Below, piece after piece: positions 7,911 through 14,943 of a DNA stretch of 15,163 nucleotides (its first letter is position 1; each line of letters opens with the position of its first letter). A program made the position numbers and the translations under genes. The stretch is taken from assembly GCA_039683575.1 (NCBI GenBank), contig JBDKRC010000303.1, positions 1 to 15,163 on the forward strand, given 5' to 3'. The notes under the pieces are model-generated. The model was not told the DNA's origin. It ran no database searches and was given only the letters and a program-made list of their open reading frames with translations. This stretch comes from Armatimonadia bacterium (GTDB lineage: Bacteria; Armatimonadota; Zipacnadia; Zipacnadales; UBA11051).

Positions 7911-9737
7911 TCACTTATACATTTCCTTTACCAACGCCGACCACTTCTCCAGCACCACCCGCCGCCTCACCTTCAGCGTCGCCGTCAGCTCCCCGCCCTC
8001 AATCGAGAACTCCTCGGGCAGCAGCCGGAAATCCCGCACCTTCTCGAAATCAGCCAACTCCTCGGTCAACCGCTTGATCTCTCCCCGCACCAACTCCCCC
8101 ACCTCTTTGTTCGCAATGACGTCCTCCGCCCGCGCCCCCGGTTCCTCTCCCCCTGTCTTCTGTTTTCCGCTTTCTGTTTCCGCCGTTCGTACCGTCTCCC
8201 ACCAATGCCGTATCCGCTCGATATTCGGCACGACCAGCGCCGTGACATACGCCTGCTTATCACCCAACACCACCACCTGCGACAGGTACGGGCTTCTCCG
8301 CAGCAGGTTCTCGATCTGCTGCGGCGCCACGTTCTTGCCATTGCTGAGCACCAGCAGGTCCTTGAGCCGGTCCGTGATATGCAGACAGCCCCGCTCGTCA
8401 AAAACACCCACATCGCCCGTGTGCAGCCAGCCCTCGCAGTCGAGCGCCTGTGCCGTCTCCTCGGGCAGATTATGGTATCCCTGCATCACGTTCGCCCCGC
8501 GCACCAGTATCTCGTTATGCTCCCCGAGCCGCACTTCGACGTCCGGCAGCGGTGGTCCCACACAGCCGATGTGCGTGCAGCCCGGCCGGTTTACTGCCAC
8601 CACCGGCGCACACTCGGTCAGGCCGTAACCCTCCAGCACCTCGACCCCGAGCGCATGGAAGAACTCGTTCACCTCAGTTGAGAGCGCCGCTGCGCCCGAT
8701 ACCAGGTCCTTCACGCGATCCAGCCCCATAGCCTCACGTAGCTTACGCATCACGAGCGAGTCGGCCAGCGCCACTTCCAGCGCCAGTAGCGGCCGTGGCC
8801 CCCGCTCCTGCAGCCGGCACCGCAGCCGTTGCCGCCCGACCTCCAGTGCCCAGAAGAACATCTTCCTCCGCGCTGCCGGCATCTTCAGCATGCGGTCGGT
8901 CAGGGCGTCGCAGAGCACTTCCAGGAACCTCGGCACCAGGATCATGTAGGTGGGACGTATCTCCTGCAGGTTCTCCCGCAGCCGCCGCAGGTTCTCGGCA
9001 TAGTAGACATGCGCCCCGCAAGCCAGTGGCAGATAGCAGCCCGCAGTGCGTTCGAAGACATGGTTCAGCGGCAGCACGCTGAGCAGCACGTCGTCGGTCT
9101 GGAACTGCAGCACCTGCTGGCACTGGCGTACATTGCCCACGAAGTTGCCGTGGGTAAGCCGCACACCCTTCTGCAGCCCGCTCGTGCCGCTGGTATACAC
9201 AAGGCTCGCCAGCGTGTCGGTGCCCGCCTGCGCCTCGATATCCGAGAGCGCCACCGCCTGCGCCTTGCCGCGCTCGATCACCTCGTCCAGCGTCCACACC
9301 CCCGGTGCCGGATCACCTTCCCCGCCAATCACAATGATCTGCAGGTCGGGCATCGTCTCGCGGATAACCAGCGCCTTCTGCAGCAGCTTCTGGTCGCCCA
9401 CGATCAGGAGCGTCGCGCCACTGTCCACCAGGATATGCTCGATCTGCGCCGGAGGCAGGCTGGGGAATATGGCCACATTCACCGCGCCCGCGGCCAGGAT
9501 CCCGAAATCGCAGACAACCCACTTTGGCGAGCTCTCCGCACACATCGCGACCGAGTCCCCCGGCTTCACCCCCAGCCGCACGAGTCCTGAACCCACCTGG
9601 TGAATCGCCTGCCACAGTTCCCTGTAAGTGAGATGCTGCCAGTGTTTGTTCGTGCGTGAGGAAAGCGCCGGCCTCTCGCCATGGGCTTCGACGCTGGCAT
9701 AGAGCATGGTAAGGAGATTGAAGTTTGGTTCTGTCAT
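7911..9737 (-). CDS. fadD: Long-chain-fatty-acid--CoA ligase (AMP-dependent synthetase)
   Basis: 608 aa. P-loop YTSGTSGLQKG, LPLNHVFER, EGYGLTE, WLHTGDVG, DRLKDLLVLSNGKNVAPQQIE, GELTATLKVRR. Confidence 0.9.
   Translation of the reverse strand: MTEPNFNLLTMLYASVEAHGERPALSSRTNKHWQHLTYRELWQAIHQVGSGLVRLGVKPGDSVAMCAESSPKWVVCDFGILAAGAVNVAIFPSLPPAQIEHILVDSGATLLIVGDQKLLQKALVIRETMPDLQIIVIGGEGDPAPGVWTLDEVIERGKAQAVALSDIEAQAGTDTLASLVYTSGTSGLQKGVRLTHGNFVGNVRQCQQVLQFQTDDVLLSVLPLNHVFERTAGCYLPLACGAHVYYAENLRRLRENLQEIRPTYMILVPRFLEVLCDALTDRMLKMPAARRKMFFWALEVGRQRLRCRLQERGPRPLLALEVALADSLVMRKLREAMGLDRVKDLVSGAAALSTEVNEFFHALGVEVLEGYGLTECAPVVAVNRPGCTHIGCVGPPLPDVEVRLGEHNEILVRGANVMQGYHNLPEETAQALDCEGWLHTGDVGVFDERGCLHITDRLKDLLVLSNGKNVAPQQIENLLRRSPYLSQVVVLGDKQAYVTALVVPNIERIRHWWETVRTAETESGKQKTGGEEPGARAEDVIANKEVGELVRGEIKRLTEELADFEKVRDFRLLPEEFSIEGGELTATLKVRRRVVLEKWSALVKEMYK
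8153..8187. repeat. Five-heptamer repeat element, in-frame copy inside acyl-CoA ligase
   Basis: CTGTCTT CTGTTTT CCGCTTT CTGTTTC CGCCGTT. 30/35 identical to 11456-11490. Confidence 0.75.
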
Positions 9738-9820
9738 GAGACTTGCACACGTTGCGGGGCCACGTCGCCCGCTCTGGTATGAATTGAACTATGTTCGACC
9801 CTGGGCTACGCCAAAACACT

Positions 9821-9871
9821 GACGGAGCCTCCGCGCCGGTAAAGCTGACTGGCGCGAAGACTCCGCCCCAT
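9821..9871. repeat. Imperfect long palindrome, degenerate relative of the 11339-11426 element
   Basis: Arms 9823-9840 and 9848-9865 pair at 15/18 positions, plus two G-U pairs on the minus-strand RNA. Left arm 9821-9838 is 16/18 identical to 11348-11365. Confidence 0.65.
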
Positions 9872-9887
9872 ATCGTCACTCATACGC

Positions 9888-9917
9888 CCGGGCTTGCCCG
9901 ACAGCCCGGCACGCTAC
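9888..9917 (-). repeat. GTAG-type REP-like hairpin
   Basis: Minus strand GTAG-CGTG-CCGGGCT-gtcgggca-AGCCCGG directly after the stop of 9919-11229. Confidence 0.4.
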
Positions 9918-9918
9918 G

Positions 9919-11229
9919 CTACTTCTCCGCTTTTTTCGCCCAGAGCTTCTGGCACGACCGGAAGTTCGCGTCGCAGACCAGCTGTCCCAGCGCTTGCGTG
10001 AGCTTGACGCTGACTACCGGCGTCGCCTCATACCCGCCGCGGCGGAACGCCTCAAACGTCGGAATGTACCCGACGCTGTCATTGGCCAACTCCGCGATGA
10101 AGGTATACGGGAACGGCGACCACTTCTTCATCTCAAAGCCCCACTCGACGAACAGCTCACCCGGAGCCGAGCAGAAGACCGCATCCCCAAACCGCACCAC
10201 CTGCGTCTCCACCGGGCGGCTCCCCTCCCCCGTCCAGCCATCCACCCACTCAAGCAACGTCTTCTCGAAGAAGTTCGGCTCCGCCTTCGACTTGGCCACC
10301 GCCAGCCGCTGCTCGAGAACGTCGTCCCACTTGTAGAACGGCACGTCGATGATCTCTTGCAGCACATCCACGCTCTGGTCTTTGCTGGGCACGCACTTCT
10401 CCGCGATGCACAGTGCCTTGCCGCCCAGCGCCCGGCCCACCTGCCGCGACTTCTCCACGCCCTTCAGCGGCCACGGCCGGTCCATCAGGTACGGCACATG
10501 GTTGATGTTGCCGCACGCGCCATTCACGAACAGCATGATGGTGTCCGGGCCATAGACGCTGCGGATGATCTCGGTCATTACTGCCGGATAGTCCGCCGAG
10601 ATCCGGTTGCCGCCGGTGACGTCGATGTGCAGCGAGTAATTGACGATCAGTGCGAACGGGTCTTTGCCCTCTTCCGCGAACGCCAGCACGCCCATCTCGG
10701 GGTCAGTCGGCCCGGCCACGCCTGCGAGCAAGTCGAGGTCGTTCCCCGGCCCGAACTGCTCCGACCCATCACGCATCCGGAACCGCCGGTTGAACGCCAG
10801 CCCCTCTTCCTGGTCCCGCCCCAGCGACAGTACGCATGCCTTCCGGCTGTTCGCCGCGTCGATCCCGGCCTGCGCGATCAGCTTCGGCAGTTGCGCCAGA
10901 TAGTCGTCATTGGTCGGGATCAAGCGCCCCTTGCGCGTCTCCGGCCCGGTATGAGTATGAGTGCCACAGATCAGTATGCGGTTGCCATCGATCCCCGTCG
11001 CCGCCTCAAAGACCTCGCGCGCGGCTTTGACAACCTCTTCGGGAATGCCGATGAGGTCGCAGGCAATGATGCCGACAGCGTCCTTTCCCTCCCCCGCAAC
11101 TACAGCCTTTGCCTTCAGATCAGATATGACCCCATCGGACACCCGGGGCGTGAAATACCCCGCCAGGTTGGTCCCCAGTGGCGGGGTAATGACGGCTTCA
11201 GCAGCACCAGCAAGCATCGTAGCAGACAT
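9919..11229 (-). CDS. Neutral/alkaline ceramidase-like zinc amidohydrolase
   Basis: 436 aa. ITPPLGTNLAGY, THTHTGP, NYSLH, GACGNIN, PGELF, ELANDSVGYIPT...GGYE. GGAGG SD. Confidence 0.8.
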   Translation of the reverse strand: MSATMLAGAAEAVITPPLGTNLAGYFTPRVSDGVISDLKAKAVVAGEGKDAVGIIACDLIGIPEEVVKAAREVFEAATGIDGNRILICGTHTHTGPETRKGRLIPTNDDYLAQLPKLIAQAGIDAANSRKACVLSLGRDQEEGLAFNRRFRMRDGSEQFGPGNDLDLLAGVAGPTDPEMGVLAFAEEGKDPFALIVNYSLHIDVTGGNRISADYPAVMTEIIRSVYGPDTIMLFVNGACGNINHVPYLMDRPWPLKGVEKSRQVGRALGGKALCIAEKCVPSKDQSVDVLQEIIDVPFYKWDDVLEQRLAVAKSKAEPNFFEKTLLEWVDGWTGEGSRPVETQVVRFGDAVFCSAPGELFVEWGFEMKKWSPFPYTFIAELANDSVGYIPTFEAFRRGGYEATPVVSVKLTQALGQLVCDANFRSCQKLWAKKAEK

Positions 11230-11278
11230 GGAAACCCTCCAGGTAGGAAAGCAGAGTCAGGGATTGCGTTGCAGGGCA

Positions 11279-11303
11279 ATTCGCTACGAAAGAGGGGAAA
11301 CCT
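11279..11303 (-). promoter_or_regulatory. Putative sigma-H-like promoter of ceramidase-like gene 9919-11229
   Basis: Minus strand AGGTTTC(11303-11297)-N14-GAAT(11282-11279), about 50 nt upstream of the ATG. Confidence 0.45.
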
Positions 11304-11338
11304 CCACTGGTTGCCACGGTGCGCAACCCGCAATCGCC

Positions 11339-11426
11339 CAAAATGGGGACGGTGCCTTCGCGCCGACGGACGCTTCATCAGCGCCACCCAACAGAAATCC
11401 GGCGCGAAGGCACCGTCCCCATTTTG
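11339..11426. repeat. Perfect 27-bp inverted repeat with 34-nt spacer (REPIN/MITE-like)
   Basis: CAAAATGGGGACGGTGCCTTCGCGCCG (11339-11365) and its exact reverse complement at 11400-11426. No target-site duplication seen. Confidence 0.85.
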
Positions 11427-11455
11427 ACCAACTCCCTTCGCACACCACCTCGGGG

Positions 11456-11490
11456 CTGTTTTCCGTTTTCTGTTTTCTGTTTTCGCCGTT
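11456..11490. repeat. Five-heptamer repeat element, intergenic copy
   Basis: CTGTTTT CCGTTTT CTGTTTT CTGTTTT CGCCGTT. Overlaps the stop codon of 11489-12679. Confidence 0.8.
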
Positions 11491-12679
11491 ACCCCCCACC
11501 CACTTCCCCCAAACACTCCACCATCCCCTCCAACAGCCTCGGCAACCCCTCACCCGTCACCACACCCCACGTGGCCGGATCCGCCTCGTATCCTCCCCGC
11601 GACCGCGACTCGGCCGACAACAGGTATGCACATTCGTCGTTTGCCAGACCCACTACGCGCGTCAGTGCAAACGGCGACCGCGCTGCCACCTCTGCTGCAA
11701 ACCCCACCTGCGGCTCGCCCGGAGCCGCCACGAACGCCAGATCGCCGATCCGCAGCACCTGCGTCACAGTCCTGAAGCCTCGCTCTGCCACCGCCTCCGG
11801 CCAGATGCGGCCACGCTCCCCGGGCTCGGCCAGAAACGCCTCATCCACCGGCAGGAACAGCTCCCTCTGCGCAAACCCCAACCGAACTTCGCCTTCAGTC
11901 TCCGCTCGCGCCAGCAGCTCCAACGTCCTGTAGCCCAGCACATCGCCAAGCTGCGGCAACTGCTCCGCCTGCGTCTTACCCCTCATGGGCACTTCAAAAG
12001 GCGTATCCACCGACCCCTGACACCCGTTGAAAACCAGGCACGGCGCCCCCGACGCCTCCTCCACCATTCGAGCCGCATAGCCGAAGAAATCGGGGATCGG
12101 GTGGCAGGTGAACTGCATGATCGCCGCCAGCGGATCCCCCTCCGCCGTCTCCACCCGCACCACCGTCAGCAGATCGTCCAGCGGCTCTTCAGGACCCACC
12201 GTCTCCGGATCGGTCGCCCACCCCCACCACTGCGGCCACGCGCGCCGCAGCGTAATCACTGTTCCATCCCGCCGGATAATCCGCCGCACCCGCGACACCC
12301 CCGGCAGGTGATCCGCCGCATAGCCCGCCCGTGCCGGCTGCAGCGGCACTGCTGCCTCAGCCGCATGCGCCGCCGCCTCGGCCAGCCGCCCGGCCATCTC
12401 CCGCCGCACACTCTCGTTCGGAGACATCACCGGCGGGCCTGAATGCACGTGCGTACAGGCCACCATGACCTTGTCCGTACCGCACACCCCCGCCACGGCC
12501 TCCCTGATCGGCTCCACCTGCCGCCGCGTCAGGGCTATGACACTCAGCGACACAAACGCCAGCCGCGTCTGCCCGTCATCCAGTACCAGCACCCGCGCCG
12601 CCAGCGGCGTCCCATCGGTTGTCTTAGGAAAGTCGGGGAAATCGAGCGGAGCTCTCCCCGCGCCCGCAATTAGTGCCAT
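11489..12679 (-). CDS. Neutral/alkaline ceramidase-like zinc amidohydrolase (second paralog)
   Basis: 396 aa. PLAARVLVLDDG, THVHSGP, QFTCHP, NGCQGSV, PGEP, GLANDECAYL...GGYEA. Start overlaps the upstream stop (TAATG) and has a GGAGG SD. Confidence 0.78.
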   Translation of the reverse strand: MALIAGAGRAPLDFPDFPKTTDGTPLAARVLVLDDGQTRLAFVSLSVIALTRRQVEPIREAVAGVCGTDKVMVACTHVHSGPPVMSPNESVRREMAGRLAEAAAHAAEAAVPLQPARAGYAADHLPGVSRVRRIIRRDGTVITLRRAWPQWWGWATDPETVGPEEPLDDLLTVVRVETAEGDPLAAIMQFTCHPIPDFFGYAARMVEEASGAPCLVFNGCQGSVDTPFEVPMRGKTQAEQLPQLGDVLGYRTLELLARAETEGEVRLGFAQRELFLPVDEAFLAEPGERGRIWPEAVAERGFRTVTQVLRIGDLAFVAAPGEPQVGFAAEVAARSPFALTRVVGLANDECAYLLSAESRSRGGYEADPATWGVVTGEGLPRLLEGMVECLGEVGGG

Positions 12680-13728
12680 TACCGTGCCTCCGCCCGGTAG
12701 CTCCCGCCCAGTTCGCGCGCCACCGCCTCAGCCACCTTCGGCTCGGCCAGCACATAGCCCAGTTCCGCCATCTGCAGCGCCGTTGCCCCGCTTTCCTTCA
12801 CAACCCGCAGGTCCGCAGCCACCCGCTCCGGCGCGCGGTAGTTGCGTATCTTCCGCGCATCAAACGCCACGAATGGGGCGGCAGTGTGCTGCGGATAGCA
12901 CCGATGCTGGTCGCGAACCAGCGCCGCCGTCCGCTCCCGGACCTTCTGCAGCGGCCAGTGCGGCCTGAAGAACCACGACACGGTCTGCCCAACGTAATCG
13001 ATGTCCGTGCGGTGCCCCCAATATGGGTCGGGCGCAAACCACGGGTAGATGTGCACCGTCAGCCCGATCCCCGGCTTCGCCTCCCGCGCCGCCGCAGCCA
13101 TCTCATTCGTGAAATCCACGATGATCTGCTCAAACACGATCCGCTCCGCCTCACGCTCCGGCACCCGTGGGTGCTGCTTGCGGTACGCCGCCAGCGTCCC
13201 CTCGCAGACCGGGCAGTAGCACCGCCGGTAGTTCTCATAGCCCGTATAGTCAAACGCGAGCCCATCCACCGGCAGGGCCGCGTTGGCAATTACCTTCTTG
13301 CGGAAGAACTCTCGCACTTCCGGCCGGTTGTAGCATGGCAACGGGCCCCGGAAGACCTCCCCCTCCAGTACTGGCTCCCCACCGGACATGTGCAGCTTGT
13401 TTTCAGGCTCAGCCGCGCGTGCCTGCTCTTCCGGCGACATCACCTGCCGCCACGCCTTGTCGCCCCCGGCAAACACCGTCGAGTAGTACAGCTTCATTCC
13501 ACGCTGGTGGCACTGGTCCCGCATGAACCCGATCAACGGCGTCGGCGGCGCCATCAGAATCGCGTTGAAGCCCAGTCCCTGCGCCGCGTCTGCGACGCGC
13601 ACCAGGTCCGCCTCGGTCTTCTTCGGCATCGACCACTCCCACACGGCCTTCCACGAGACACCATCACCATGGGCGGGGATTACCGCCGATACACAGCACA
13701 GAAGCGTCAAAAGGTGCAGGTTCTTCAT
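12679..13728 (-). CDS. Secreted glycoside hydrolase-like TIM-barrel protein (GHL10-like)
   Basis: From ATG 13728: signal peptide MKNLHLLTLLCCVSAVIPAHG-D, LGFNAI, CHQRGMKLY, CYNRPEVREF, VDGLAFDY, CYCPVC. 349 aa. The longer ORF-track start runs through promoter DNA. Confidence 0.65.
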   Translation of the reverse strand: MKNLHLLTLLCCVSAVIPAHGDGVSWKAVWEWSMPKKTEADLVRVADAAQGLGFNAILMAPPTPLIGFMRDQCHQRGMKLYYSTVFAGGDKAWRQVMSPEEQARAAEPENKLHMSGGEPVLEGEVFRGPLPCYNRPEVREFFRKKVIANAALPVDGLAFDYTGYENYRRCYCPVCEGTLAAYRKQHPRVPEREAERIVFEQIIVDFTNEMAAAAREAKPGIGLTVHIYPWFAPDPYWGHRTDIDYVGQTVSWFFRPHWPLQKVRERTAALVRDQHRCYPQHTAAPFVAFDARKIRNYRAPERVAADLRVVKESGATALQMAELGYVLAEPKVAEAVARELGGSYRAEAR

Positions 13729-13734
13729 GGCTAC

Positions 13735-13763
13735 ATGAAACAGCAAACGGTTGCACGCGTCAA
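13735..13763 (-). promoter_or_regulatory. Putative sigma70 promoter giving a leaderless mRNA for the GH-like gene
   Basis: Minus strand TTGACG-N17-TTTCAT, then 6 nt to ATG 13728. No SD. Confidence 0.45.
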
Positions 13764-13772
13764 GCCACGCAA

Positions 13773-13801
13773 TTGCTGCAACGCTTTTGACTACATATAG
13801 T
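13773..13801 (+). promoter_or_regulatory. Putative distal sigma70 promoter (P1) of SdrD-domain gene
   Basis: TTGCTG-N17-TATAGT in an AT-rich patch. Confidence 0.4.
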
Positions 13802-13840
13802 GACAAGTTTACCCCGTATAGAGGCAATCTTGAGGCAACC

Positions 13841-13870
13841 TTGACATTTGCACCGCATTTGGACTAAGAT
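13841..13870 (+). promoter_or_regulatory. Putative proximal sigma70 promoter (P2) of SdrD-domain gene
   Basis: Perfect -35 TTGACA, 18-nt spacer, -10 TAAGAT. Confidence 0.6.
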
Positions 13871-13876
13871 ACGTCT

Positions 13877-13922
13877 CGAGCGAAGTGCCCCAGCCTGGGC
13901 GCTCTCGCTCGTTTTGTTTTTT
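13877..13922 (+). terminator. Intrinsic terminator-like hairpin in the 5' leader of the SdrD-domain gene
   Basis: CGAGCGA-AGTGCCC-cagcct-GGGCGCT-c-TCGCTCG (14 bp, one bulge, one G-U) followed by TTTTGTTTTTT. Confidence 0.7.
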
Positions 13923-13968
13923 CGGTTCAATGCTCCGGTGACGGTGCCGTCGCAGTGGGAGGAAGACA

Positions 13969-14877
13969 ATGAGTACCAAGCAGCTAACCATCACAATCGC
14001 AGTAGCCATGATCCTGCTGCCCGCCGCAGTGTTCGGTCTGAGCGTGAAAGCCAGCCTCGGCGGCAATATCTGGCATGATGCCAACAAGAACGGCGTTCAG
14101 GATGCCGATGAGCCCTCCCTCGCCGGAGTAGTCGTCGAAGTTGCCGCCGATCTCAATGGGGACGGCGTGATTGACGTCCGCATGTCCCGCAAGACCGATG
14201 CCTCGGGCAAGTACCTCTTCCAGACTCTGCTGCCCGCGACCTACACGGTAACCACCGACGTCTCGCAGCTAGAGCCCACTTACGATCTCGACGGCGTCCA
14301 GACGCCCAACAAGATCGTGAAGCCACTCAAGGCCGACAAGCCCGAGCGCGGTGCTGACTTCGGCTACGTGCCGCCCGTTGAGCCACCGACCCAGCCTTGC
14401 GTCACCTATACCCAGGGTGGCTGGAGCGGCAACGCAACCAAACAGCTACGGAATCGCTTCGCCGACGTCTACCCGGAAGGCCTGGTGCTTGGCAGCAACC
14501 ACTGGCTCCGCTTCGACGGCGGTGACGAGATACGCTCGTTCCTGCCGCAGGGCGGCCCTGTCGGCACGCTCATCAACAACTACGACCCGCCCAAAAAGCG
14601 CACCGAGGCTGGCGCGTTCGCCGGACAGGTTCTGGCCCTGCGTCTCAACGTGGATTACTCAGACGCGGGCCTGCTGCCCGCGGGGCTGGCCGGGCTGAAG
14701 ATCACTCAGGGCACGTTCGAGGGCTGGACAGTCGGGGATCTGCTGAACTTCGCTGAAGAGGTCCTCGGCGGCGACAGTGACGATATGACCTACACCTTCT
14801 CAGAACTCAGCGACGCCTGCACTGCCATCAACGAAAACTACTGCGACGGCGCGGACAAGGGCTACCTGGAGCCCTAG
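13969..14877 (+). CDS. Secreted SdrD B-like domain protein with uncharacterised C-terminal domain
   Basis: Signal peptide; SLGGNIWHDANKNGVQDADEPSLAGVVV, TDASGKYLFQTLLPATYTV, ADFGY (SdrD_B/Cna-B-like); Pro linker; C-terminal YTQGGW domain. GGGAGG SD. Confidence 0.8.
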   Translation: MSTKQLTITIAVAMILLPAAVFGLSVKASLGGNIWHDANKNGVQDADEPSLAGVVVEVAADLNGDGVIDVRMSRKTDASGKYLFQTLLPATYTVTTDVSQLEPTYDLDGVQTPNKIVKPLKADKPERGADFGYVPPVEPPTQPCVTYTQGGWSGNATKQLRNRFADVYPEGLVLGSNHWLRFDGGDEIRSFLPQGGPVGTLINNYDPPKKRTEAGAFAGQVLALRLNVDYSDAGLLPAGLAGLKITQGTFEGWTVGDLLNFAEEVLGGDSDDMTYTFSELSDACTAINENYCDGADKGYLEP

Positions 14878-14904
14878 CCTCACCGCCCCCTGGCACTGGT
14901 TAAC

Positions 14905-14943
14905 GGAAAACGGGATCCCATCTGGGATCCCGTTTTCCATTTC
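14905..14943 (+). terminator. Intrinsic (probably bidirectional) terminator
   Basis: Perfect 16-bp inverted repeat GGAAAACGGGATCCCA-tc-TGGGATCCCGTTTTCC with A and T tracts built into the arms. Confidence 0.85.

Noticed and set aside
9790..9822. Fifth sigma-H-like site before the acyl-CoA ligase (AGGGTCGAACAT)
   Set aside because: The -10-like half matches the 6655 site, but there is no AGGA -35 at the correct spacing.
11339..11490. CRISPR array or autonomous IS
   Set aside because: The repeats are inverted or spacerless heptamers. There is no repeat-spacer periodicity, cas gene, transposase or target-site duplication.
13741..13780. GCAAAC...ACGCAA resembling a c-di-GMP-I riboswitch
   Set aside because: No GNRA-capped P2, tetraloop receptor or P1/P3 stems. 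It lies upstream of the predicted + strand promoters and overlaps the minus-strand promoter.
9994..13800. Long + strand ORFs (9994-11427, 10961-12442, 12673-13800)
   Set aside because: Antisense shadows of well-supported minus-strand genes in high-GC DNA. They are Arg/Pro-rich, lack motifs, and some run through repeats.
13810..13826. TACCCCGTATAGAGG as a CsoR operator
   Set aside because: The right half lacks the GGGTA arm and no metal-homeostasis gene is adjacent.
13729..13827. N-terminal extension of the GH-like ORF
   Set aside because: It covers promoter DNA. The signal peptide starts at ATG 13728.
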